This document shows, piece by piece, positions 40,962-52,949 of a DNA stretch of 64,000 nucleotides (position 1 is the first letter of the stretch; every line of letters begins with the position of its first letter). Made by a program: the position numbers and the translations under genes. The notes below the pieces were generated by a model that saw only the letters and a program-made list of their open reading frames with translations, was not told where the DNA came from and did not search any database. The stretch comes from Epiperipatus broadwayi (Eukaryota; Animalia; Onychophora): positions 4,836,001-4,900,000 of the forward strand of contig JAQFVV010000010.1 in the NCBI GenBank assembly GCA_028023455.1. Direction: 5' to 3'.

Positions 40962-41277
40962 AAAGAGAAAGGATTTCATCTTTTTACATACGCACTTTAA
41001 TTTATATAATAGCTCAACAATGTCGTGTTGAGTACAGAGGAAATTCTCAAACCCAACTCAAAATAGAGAATTTATAAAGATAAGAGTAACCTTCTTATCT
41101 TTAACCTAAATTCTTAATTATATAAATCAGTCTGAAGCATCTTGGTTTGAGAGTGTGAAGATGTTACTCTGTTGACTTATCTTTATAAAGTCTATCTTGT
41201 GTTTGAGTTTCCTATGTACTCAACACTACATCATTGAGCTATTATATAAATTATTAAGGCGCATATCCTTTCTCTTT
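40962..41277. repeat. Imperfect inverted repeat, ~115-130-bp arms, ~70-bp spacer
   Basis: AATTTATATAATAGCTCAA...GTGTTGAGTACA...TTTATAAAGATAAG is mirrored at 41163-41252. Confidence 0.85.
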
Positions 41278-42113
41278 CATTACATATGTCCTATGCACTT
41301 AATAAATAAATTTGAACATTTAAAGTTGTTAAAGTAAAAGTGAAAATAATTAATATTAAAAGATTTCAAGAAACAAATTTAAAAGCATATTTTGAATTCA
41401 TTAAAATATAAATTGAATTATATTAAAATATCATAACTGATCTGCATTTTGTAAACTTTTATAAAAATGAGTTGAGTAGAACTTTAAAATGTACTTATCT
41501 TTGTTTCATTCATTGATTTATAAACACAGATTTGTATCTTTAAGCTAAAGTGCTTGTCTTTTGTTTTTATAAATATATGGATAATTAGATATCTAAAAAC
41601 TTCAGAATATAAAATCTGAATTGTAATTTTAATAGATAGGTAAAACACCATCACTTTACATTAATCAGATTTTAATTTCATCAAAACAGACTGAGGAAGT
41701 ATTCATCCTAATTAATTGATTCCAAAAAAATATTTAATGAAAGATAAACATTTAATTAGGTTTATGACTCTATTATAAAACTGTATACATATCAGCTTTT
41801 ATGTAATAGTTATATTCTGCATTAAAAAATATATATTTCATTTAAAAAAGTTTACTTCGATTGCAGTTTAAGTTTTTAAAAAAGTCAAAAAGTATAATTA
41901 AATTATTTATAGTGATTTACACCCCCCCCCCTCTTCTCTTACTGTTTTTTAGTTGAAATATTAACACTTTTGTGCATTAAATTACTATCAAGTGGGATGG
42001 GAAGTAGAGTTGCAATTTTTTGTTTTAATAAAAACAAAAATATGAATTTATTATTTTTATAATGTTATTATTTTTTTATTATAAATATTTTAGTAATAAT
42101 TTGTTATAATTAC

Positions 42114-43494
42114 AGGTACTTGAGTATTAGTCCTGCAACCCGGAGCATGTATTAGACATGCTATGCCTTTTCACATTCGTATCAATCCACTGATAACTTT
42201 GTAATCTTATGATCTGACCAAAATAAGTGTACGCAGATCTTGTACACGATATTTTTTGCAAGATTTGCAAAAAAGTAACTTGTACATGATATTTTCGCAA
42301 GATTTACAAAGTTATCAGCAGGTTGAATACGTATGTGAAAAGGTGGAGTATGTTTAATGCATGCTTCATGTTGCAGGACTAAAAATATCACTTTCACACA
42401 ACTAAAAGTATAAAATATGGAGCAGATTTATATATGACTTTCACACGATTAAAAATATAAAATTTATAACAACAATAATAAATGGAGTGGAATTTAAATT
42501 TGTAATAATAATAAAGATATATAAAATTGAGCAAGAAATTGATATTAAAAAGAACATTTTAGAAAAGTGTTGATTTGCCATACACAAATATATACGACTT
42601 TCACACGAAAAACTTTAAAATTTATAACAATAGTAAATTGATATTAAAAATAATACTTTAAAAATAAATATTGATTTACCATACAGAAATATATACAAAT
42701 TTCACATTGTAAAATTTATAACAACACTAAAGATGTGAATTTCACTTAAAAAAAAAGCTGATCTTAAAAAGTAGATTTTCTCTGCCCAAAAATATGTAAA
42801 ATACAAAATGCTATTACTCTAGTACCAAAATGATGTTTTAAATACGGACAAAAGACTCAGTAAATTATTATTTTTTTTAATATTATTTACAAAAAACCAT
42901 AAAATATACACATTTGCGTTGAAGCAAGCAATTTGGCATTTACATTTTTGACACAAAATGGAGATCTCAACTGAAAGTTTTCCCCCAAAATGGAGTTTTA
43001 CTGAAATTGTGATTGCACAATCTATCGGCTGAATGGGATTTTCTATAGAAATGCTAATAAACTAATGTATTTTTTTAAAAAACCAAAACAATTCACAAAC
43101 ATAAAAAAATATAAATTACAACACTTTTATTAATTTTTCATCCTGGCAGAAATTTTTTTTTTACATCGTTCAGTATGCAAATGACACCGTTGTCATTTTT
43201 TATGCAATCTATGAAGTTTATATCTGCATTTCACGTGAAAATGATCGTAACTGGCATTAGGAGGTTATGAAAAGAACAAAAATGAACACTATATACTTAC
43301 ATACTTGAAATAATTTAGAAATATCAAATAATGTCAAAATGTCCAAAAAAAAAAACACGTTTTTACATGAGATTGAATAGCATCGCAGGGTTTATTTTGT
43401 TTCAATTTGAAGTGATTGCATGATTACACATTTATTGCGGATGTGAAAAGGCATACCATCTCCCCTATATTGCAGGACTAATACTCAAGTACCT
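42114..43494. mobile_element. Non-autonomous DNA transposon with ~65-bp TIRs
   Basis: AGGTACTTGAGTATTAGTCCTGCAA...ATGCCTTTTCACAT mirrored at 43437-43494, TAATTA at both ends, partial inverted TIR copy at 42330-42390. Confidence 0.8.
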
Positions 43495-46400
43495 AATTAT
43501 GTATTGCTAATTACCTTGTATTATATGGCAGTATTATAAAATAAAATTTAAATCTTAAGTATTTCTAGCTATTAGTTTCCCTCCCATTTATGTCACTTTC
43601 ATATTTTTTTGTTCTTTGTGACTTTGCATATTATGAAATATTTACATTTAGTGAGTTTTTATGGAGATGCAGAAAGTTTATCATAATTCTATAGTAGTTA
43701 ATCAATCATGATCATGTGAATTTATGATGTTTTTAAATTAAATCCTATAGATTATTTTTAATGACAATTTTTTATCTCTATTTAAAGTAAGTTGAAGATT
43801 TTTAAAAATGTTTTAGTCTTTGCAGTGCTTCTGCTTGTGGATGAGGCGATTACACACCCTGCACAAAGGCTCCTCATCAAGGGGTGCACCATGTTACTGC
43901 AATAATTAATCATAATTGTATGTAAATGAAAATGTTCAGACTCCCAAACTGGTCCATTATTAGAAACACATTCTAACTGTAAATATTTTTTATTTAAATA
44001 TAGAAGGATTAGTTTTTTGCTTAATTTTGTGATAATTGCTCAAAATATACTACATATTATATACTCTACCATTGCATTAAACTGAACAGGCCATATTGAT
44101 ATTTTAGAGTAGATCATTGGAAGAGATTATGCTATCGCTATTAAAACTTACGGTAATCAATTTCTTTTAAAAAAATAATTTTTATTTAAATATCCTAGTT
44201 TATATTTTTTTTAAAATGACACTCTACTATTAATAGTTTATTTAAAAATAAACTTTAAAAAATATTGCCTCATAATAATTACAGTAATTCTGCAATATGT
44301 TAAACAACAGTCATGTAGTGTATAATTACATTTGTCAGTGATATTATTTAAATACTAATATAGTCATGACTTTCAGTTTATCACGGTGGTAGAGTCAGAT
44401 TCTGGAATGTGGGATTCTAAGATTGATTCTGGTGGTGTCTTTTGCAATTAAGCTATTTGAATTTTTTTTTTTTAATATTGATATCTTTTTTTAATACCAG
44501 TATTATCTTTTTACATGTTTTATTAATCTGTTTTTTTTTTTAATGTGTATGGATCATCATGTGGTTTCTTACCCAGTTAAGAATTTATAATTTATCTATA
44601 ATATTACCCAAATATATCCAAAAATTATTGTTTTCATTGCAGGCCTGCTTTAATTACATGACAGTTCAAATACAAGGAAAACAAAATTAATAATTTTTAA
44701 AAATAACGTTATGCATCAAAATATGTAATTATTAGCAAATTTTATTATATTATTATTTAATGCTAGTCTGTTAAATGAAATGACTATATAACATCATTTG
44801 AAAGTTCTTTTAAATGGTCACACTATTGGCAAAGCACCTAAAAAATTTATTATCTAGTGCAAAAAACTTTTTGATCTTTTTGTATAGATATCCATCATAA
44901 ACCTACCATTTAACAAAATAAAGTGCAAGGTATGCTAATAGTTTCTAAAAATATATCAAATAAACAATGTATGTATGAAAATTTAAAATTTCTTCCCCTA
45001 AATAAATTTAAATGTAATGTAAATAATTAATCCCTAGATGTCAGACTATATAATATAATAAATTTTATTATGTGCAATATGTCCAAGTTATTAATAGTGA
45101 AATAACAAACATATATAAAAAAAAAAAAAATTAAATAATAAAGTAGTGTAAATATTTTATTATTGAGTGAATAAAAAAGAAACTAATTTTGTTAATAGAA
45201 AACAAAAACAAGTTATACATGAGAGATCCTTTGAATTAAACTAAAAGTAACTAATGGTTTTTAAAACAAACAAGAACTATTTATCAAAAACTAATTGACA
45301 TGCTGGTTAAAGTTGGCCTAAAACTGTTAATGAAATCTCACTTTAGATCAGCCATGGTATAATTATTGTGTTCCTGAAAATATAATGGAGACAAACTTAT
45401 ATAAGGAATAGAGAAAACAAGGAATCCTATCTTCTTTTTGCAATGGGAGATGCAGCTGCAAGAGTATCCAAACTTCAGAGGCTATGCAGACAGAGAAGGG
45501 AAGCAATGGAAGATGCAATTAAATATCATATCTTAAAGAATCAGTTGCTGGATGTTGATAAAGAACTTTATAGGATTTCTAAGTTACTCTAATCTTATGT
45601 TTTTTAGTAAGACCAATGGCATTGCATAGATTGTAAAATTACATAAACTAGAAATAGAATTATTTATATAACATATATATGTATTAATTAGTTTTATGAC
45701 AGTATATAGCAAAATATACTACTTATAAAAATAATTAATATATATATACACATCAGGTTTTTTAGATGTGTATTTTATAAATTATGTGTATATTCAGATC
45801 CAAATTTGTATATTAATTCCATTGTATATATAATTCATTGTTTGCATTAAACTGATTTTAAATTAAGTCCCTTGTTATTGAGCCATTGTGTCCTTTGTGT
45901 ATTTCTTATTCTATGTGCGAAAGATTTATATTCATTTGTTTCAATTTCTTCACTTGAGGACACAACATGATTAAAATATCAAATAAGTTATCTGGATCTC
46001 AAAATAGAGAAAGAAGTTGAAGCAAATTGTGTTTCTGATAATTAAAAATCTGAAACTTCTAATTTTACATTAATTTTTAATGTTCCAGGCAGTTATCCAA
46101 AAATTATGAACATAAAAATGAGTTGAAAATTCTATTAATCATGTAGTTAGTAATGATTTTCTTAAAAACAGATAGTTTTTAGAATCATATTATCATTACA
46201 CTTGGAGAGATAATTTCTAGCAATTATTTTGACAGTCAAAGCCAGGAGAAGTAATATATAAATAAAAAAGTAAGAGTGTAAATAATTATAATTTTTTAAA
46301 AGTTTTATTGTATCTATATGTTTTGTCAAATAAAATTTTATAGAATTAATTTTATTTTAATTTACAAATTTTATATCATGGAATTTAACTTGCACAAAGG

Positions 46401-47260
46401 TATCTCTTACCCACATGGCAGTCCTAGCTAGCTTTTTTTTTCCTATTAGAAAGATATTAAATACATCAGTTACAGTATATATATATTTTTAAACACTTTT
46501 TTTTTTCTGTTACGATGATAAAAATAGATTTTTTAAATCTTGAAAAAATGCACTATTTACATTCTGTTTTTGTAAATTCTTAGTTGTTTTTAAAAATTGT
46601 GTTTAATAATAAATTCTTCATCTATAATTTTTCAAGGGACCATAGAAAATAAATGCTAGACACATAAAAACAATGTAAATGTAGTAGAAATTAAAGATTA
46701 GAAGCAATTTAATGATTATTTATTAAAATATTTATACATTATATATAATTTAATAGTTTTAAATACAACTTTAACATTATAATTCAAAACATTTCATAAT
46801 TTTTATAATATTGTAAATTAGAAGATGTAAATCTTCATATTTCTAAAAATAGTTATCTGGCTTTAAATCCTTAAAACAATTTGGATTAGAAATAAAACTT
46901 AAATTCAAGCTATAAAAAAAAGATATTATTGATTCTAGAGCAAAAGTGGTTTAGCCACAGGACTGTCGATTGTAAATGATGATATCTCTAACATCATTGT
47001 TAAACATATTTTTATTTATTTGCATGGAAATAGTGTCACATTCTATTTTGTTTATAGTACTGTATATATATATATATAACTTTAATACAATGTAAATACA
47101 TAAGTTTAAAAAACCAGCATTAATACTAATTATATACAGTCATTACATTTTTTAAAAATAAATAATCATATTTAATCATTAATTTATTATAAAAAGTAAA
47201 AAAAAATTAAAGAAATAGTTATTACATTTTTTGAATCATAAGAATTAAAAGGTACTTACA

Positions 47261-47940
47261 TATAATTTCTTTGCTCTCTTCACCAGGCGTTTTTTGGTTA
47301 ATTATCCATTTTCAGGGGCATCATGTTTTAAACACTATAGCTGGGTTTTTTTTAAGATGATTATCATATTAAATATTTTGGTTATTTTTTTTTTTTTAAA
47401 GATGATTATAAAAACACAATAAATTGCACAAAACTCCAAACAATTGTAATTAAATAAAATTTAATATAACTGTAATAAACAAAATAAAAAATATGATGAA
47501 AGAATACTCACTTTGAACATGTTTTGAAATTACACCGCTATTATCTCTGTTCTTACATAAAGTTTCATATACCCATGAGCTCTCATTTTTTATGCAGGCA
47601 CTATTTTGTAATTTTGAAAATATTTCACTGCATTTTCTTCTTTCACTTGTAGATTAAACCACTAAAACATCACTGGTAGATTCCAAATTTTAATCATTCT
47701 TGCAAAAAGTTAGAAAAAATAATTAACTATTAGTTTGAATGAAAATGCTATAGAGAACATAAAAAAATATCACATGTTAATGGTTTGTACTTTATAGTAA
47801 AAAAAAATATTTTTTATTTTAAACTTAACAAATAATGCATAATAAATAATTTTGAGGAAAAAAAGAACAAATATTTTAATGCCCCTGAAAATGGATAATT
47901 AACCAAAAAATACCTGGCAAAAAAGAGTGAGGGAATTATA
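47261..47940. mobile_element. MITE-like element with ~60-bp TIRs
   Basis: CCAGG-RTTTTTTGGTTAATTATCCATTTTCAGGGGCAT mirrored at 47879-47917. Superfamily unassigned. Confidence 0.8.
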
Positions 47941-48771
47941 CATAAATACCAAATTAAATTAGAGAGAAAAAATATAATTGTTATTATTAATTTTTAATAA
48001 AATAAGAATGTCAACTCAAAATAATAAAAAAACTATTCATGTAAATAAATATTGCTTTGGGGCTATGATTTGTCAATGATAAATGCCAAAAAATGACAGT
48101 TGGAAAGCAATGGATGTATATTTTTATAACATATACTTTTATCATTCTGAATTCAGAATCAAAGACAGGAACATAAATAACTGAAAATTATACATATATT
48201 TGATGGATTGAGAATTCACTGTATCAATAAATTAAATTGCATATTGTTTTATCTATTAAATTATGCAGTTAACATGAGATGGTTTTTTGTACATTTAATA
48301 CAATATTTCCTCTACTATTTAATAAGAAATTTAGTTAATGACATTACTATCAGAGGATTTTAGCAAATTGTGTTGATAAGATTTGAGCTTTACCCATATT
48401 ATTATCACATGAACTTTTAATATTTAAAGTAGAGAGGAGTAATAAGCTTTTAATCATAATGCTACACAATAGATGGAATGAAAACTTAGTGATTGTTTAA
48501 TTTTATAGATATTACATGGAATATGTTTAATTACAAAGACTCTCGAGTAACAAACTACTGTTAGTTCTGATCTGAATTACAAAATTATCAAAAATAAATA
48601 ATTATCATGTATGGTTTAGTGCATGAGTAGAAGTGATTTATAGTTAAGATTTTAATGTTTCTATTTCTGATGTTTGAATACTAAATGACCTCGGAGTAAT
48701 TAAGCATGGGATTATTTTTTCGTAAAGAATTTATAGTATGAAAATTTTAAATTAAACATAGCTTACTGTAT

Positions 48772-48955
48772 ATGTAAACAAAGAGAATAAATCAACCTTC
48801 CCCAAGCTATGATTTAAAAGCACTAAATGTTGAACAAGGAATCAAGAATAGAATAAATCCATCTATGTTTATTCTATTCTTGATTTTTTGTTTAACATTT
48901 AGAGTGCTTTTAATTTATAGCCTGAGAGAGGTTGATTTACTCCCTTTGTTTACAT
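48772..48955. repeat. 184-bp imperfect palindrome
   Basis: ATGTAAACAAA...AAATCAACCT...AAAAGCACT...ATCAAGAATAGAATAAA, short loop, then the mirror image. Confidence 0.9.
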
Positions 48956-51615
48956 CAAGAAACCAAAATGACATTCTGAAAATACTAGAACTGATAGGAT
49001 ATTACATGCTAATACATACAGCATAAGTGTATAAAATTAGGATTAGAAAACTAGGAATTAAGTTGTATGTATATAAACTTTAAACTTGATAGTAAATCCA
49101 ACAGCAGATCATTATTTGTAATAAAGACCACATGTTCAAATATTTGTCTATTGAATATCTTGCATTACCATGTGAATATATATAAATGTAATTAAAGAGT
49201 TTTATGGTATAATATTTACACATTTGTCTTTCATACTCTTAATCTGGAATTCAAATTCAATCCAAGTAAAATTTTAAAAAAATTCAATTTCCAAATAGGC
49301 TTAGGATATTTATTTAAGTGGCTGGCCTATAATCAATCAGCTAGCTATTATCATCTAGAAGATGAATAAACTAATTAGCCTGATAATACTTTTTGTTTCA
49401 TTATTTCTCTGTGACAAGATATTGGAGATCTTGCAATAAGCTACTTAAAAGGCTGTTTTATTTTTATCTTCAAAAACCGATTTTAAGTTACTTCACAGCA
49501 AAGATTGCTTAAGTATTAATCTGGGGTGATGAAAGTTATCAGCACAAACAAATGTATATATGAAGAATGAATTAAACATATTTACAATCTTCTAAAAAGA
49601 AAATGAATTAATTTTATAAATAGACAAAATTGCACGGTTAAATATATGTATATTATTTTTTGGGTTTGGTTACCCCTTGTAATAAATGTAAATTGTTAAA
49701 AAACATAAATGCATGTTTGTTTCATTATCATTAAATTAAGTTATAGGTCGTCATTTCTCCAAACAAATCTTTAATTGGTCGATGAAGTTTCTCAGAAGCT
49801 CATGTGTAAACATTATTTTCTGAGATCGCAAGATTAGAAAATTATTGGCAGACTAATATGTATATGAAATCTCACCACAGGACTAATATGTAAGTACCAT
49901 GCAAAATCCTCTCCAAAATCTCAATAAAAAATAAGGAAATGAAAAGACAATACTGTATTTATTGTTTTTGACCAATGCCATATAATGAGGAATTTGCCAT
50001 GAATAATTAAGTATCTGGAGAAAAAAAAATCCGAGACTGCTTATATTTTTTAAAATTCCTAATTTATGTGACTTTGAATATCAAGTCATAGGTTTTGTGG
50101 ATACATGTGTTAATTAATATGTCAGAAGTTAATAACTTTTTTTTTTCTCTTTTAATATTTGAAAACTTATTTTCCCATTACCAAAAAAAGAATTCTATCA
50201 TAGTCTAGATTTTAAAAATGCATATTTCAATCTCCAAAAATATATTTACATAAAATAATTTTCACATTTCTTTTGATTAACACCTGTTTTATTCTTTTTT
50301 AATACTTTTCAAATTTCAAAAAACAAAATATTATTATTATTTTTCAATGCACCAAACTGAATTTTCTCCAAATTTTTAAGACTGAAAGTGATTAGTATTT
50401 TTATTAATAAAGAACAATTTATTATTAATGTTAATAATCTTTAATTAATTAATAATAAACTAGATGAATTCAGAAAATAAATGTTAATAAGAAAATAACT
50501 GAAAATAAATAGCCAAAAAAAAAGAATTTCCTAGTTACATATTATTTTGAAAGTGTGTCTAGGAGTAATCTTTAGTCTAAATTCAAATTTTGCAAAATCG
50601 TAGCATTTACTTTATTTATTGTTTTTGTTTTTTTTTTAAATATATAAGCAAATAATTTATTCTTTTTTTAAATTACATAAAGAAAATATTTAAGAATATT
50701 AATTTTGTGTGGATTTTTTTAAAAAATAGGCTTCTTTAATTTTTTTTTCCATCACCTCTTTATCAAAGCAAATAAAACAATTCATGTTTAGTTATATATA
50801 TATATCATTATTATAAATAAAAATATTAATAATAAAAATTATACTAATATTAAAATAATATAAATGATACTACTTTATAATTTTCAATAGCACAGTTACA
50901 AGCCTCTAATTAATTTTATAAATTACTGCATTAAAATGTAGATTTATTAAGATTTTTTTTTAATTAATGAAATAAATATAAGGAGTGCCTATTAGACAGA
51001 TAGATTTTTTTAACTACATGTACATATTCTGAAAACATGTTTAGGTCACTCTGTTGCCTAAATTTAATATAAACATCATGGCCACCTTTAAAAAGAAAAC
51101 ATATGATGATATGAATATCGCTTGCACTAATGTTGTAAAGTTCAAGTAGAAACAAATAATAATATTATGGATGCTAACTGAGATCACTATATTAAGCAAA
51201 ATACAATGCTGAGATTTTATAAGATTATATTGAAAGATATTATAAATTGACCTTTTAATAGACACAGCTTTAGAAAATAACATACTACAGAATATTTCAG
51301 ATAAATTCAGTTTGATCCATAGAGAATTATTTAATTTCTTTAAATAGTTTTCACCGATAGATTCTCATTTAACTGCATGATTACTAGATAAATTTCTAAG
51401 AGAATTATTATATGAATCCCTCTCAGCACATACTGTATGGATTAGTATTCTGCGAATAGCTGACTACCTGAGTCACTAATACTTTATCTTGTAATTTTAT
51501 GATATCAAGCAAAAAAAAAACAGATTCAAATGAGAAATACACACTTGTTAAGGATCACTGTTTCTTATGCTTACCTAATCTGTTAACACACCAATAACTT
51601 TCATCATACAATATT

Positions 51616-51965
51616 GCCATCCTAGTGCAAGCCATACTAATCAATGGCTGCTAGAAGGTTGGTGCATCAAAGTCATTATCTAGTGCCTATTCATCTAATA
51701 TCTTCAGACTAGTTTCTAGCTTATAACTTTTATCAGTGAGGATTCTTGGATCTGAGAGCACTGCACCCAGATCTTTAAATCTGATGCATCTCACCAGCAG
51801 CCACTTTCTACCTTTTTAGTTAACTAATGCATTAGATCCAAAGATTTAATTGCAGTGCTCTCAGAACCAAGGCTCCCTACTGATGGAAGCTAGAAACTAT
51901 TCTGGGGATATTGACTGAATAGGCACTAGATAGGGATTTTGATATAGTAATCTGGCATCCATTGA
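51616..51965. mobile_element. Short family A fold-back with two damaged hammerheads (51701-51742 minus, 51874-51908 plus)
   Basis: Family A sequence in both orientations around a junction near 51825. Confidence 0.88.
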
Positions 51966-52949
51966 TTCCTGTGGTAAATCAATATAGAAGAAACATAATT
52001 TCTTGATTACTTAAAATACTTAATTAGCTATATGATAAATAATTTTAAAAAGTTAATAGAACCCTTTTGTAATGTTAATTTATAACCAATATATTTTAAA
52101 GATATACCAGTCCTTGTACTTAGAAATAGTTATGAGTTTGAAGTTAGTATAATAATACTGATCCACAAAATATACTAGTACAAATTACAAACCAAGAAAC
52201 TATGTTATTATTTATTAAACAAATTCAGCTTCAATGTTTTTAGTATTGCTTTGGTGGACATATATCAGTGATCTGGGCCAATGCGTGATGCAAACACTGT
52301 GATATGATTAACACACCCACACTTCAATGCCCAGGGGATAAATATTAAATGTATATAAATAAGATTTCTTTTAGCTCTTTAGAAAGATAAAACAATCTAG
52401 AAAAAAATAGAATACAATCTGATTGGAAACACAATAGCAATCATAATAAAATGCAATATGAAGATTATGCATCAAGTATTTCAGTGCTGTTGCCTGTAAT
52501 AAATAAAACACCCAAAGGCCAATGACACTTTAACTCTTTGCATGCCACAAATACAAATAGTGATCTCAGCAGAAGAAAACTTCATCAGTCACCAAGAAAC
52601 ATGGAACGAAAAAGCAAAGAGCATCACAGGACAACAGCAAAAGTGAAGATATTTCATTAAAATAATTACATGCAAAAAAAATAAATAAATGAAAACTTAT
52701 CTCCAACACATATGATAAATGAAAGCACAGATGTCTCAAAAAATGACATAGTGGACAAGAAAATAATAAGTACCTCTTACATTTAGCATAATGATTATAT
52801 AGATCAGATACTGTTATTTGAAAGCACTGATTAACATATATAACACTTAATTAACATACGGTAATATATAAACAACACAAAGAGATAAATTAATATAACA
52901 AACTTTTCAACAGTATGAAATTAAACATATGTATATTTAACATTAAAGG

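Noticed and set aside
43823-43900. Candidate next exon after TTGCAG (LLLVDEAITHPAQRLLIK)
   Set aside because: No ELM2/SANT similarity and no good donor site.
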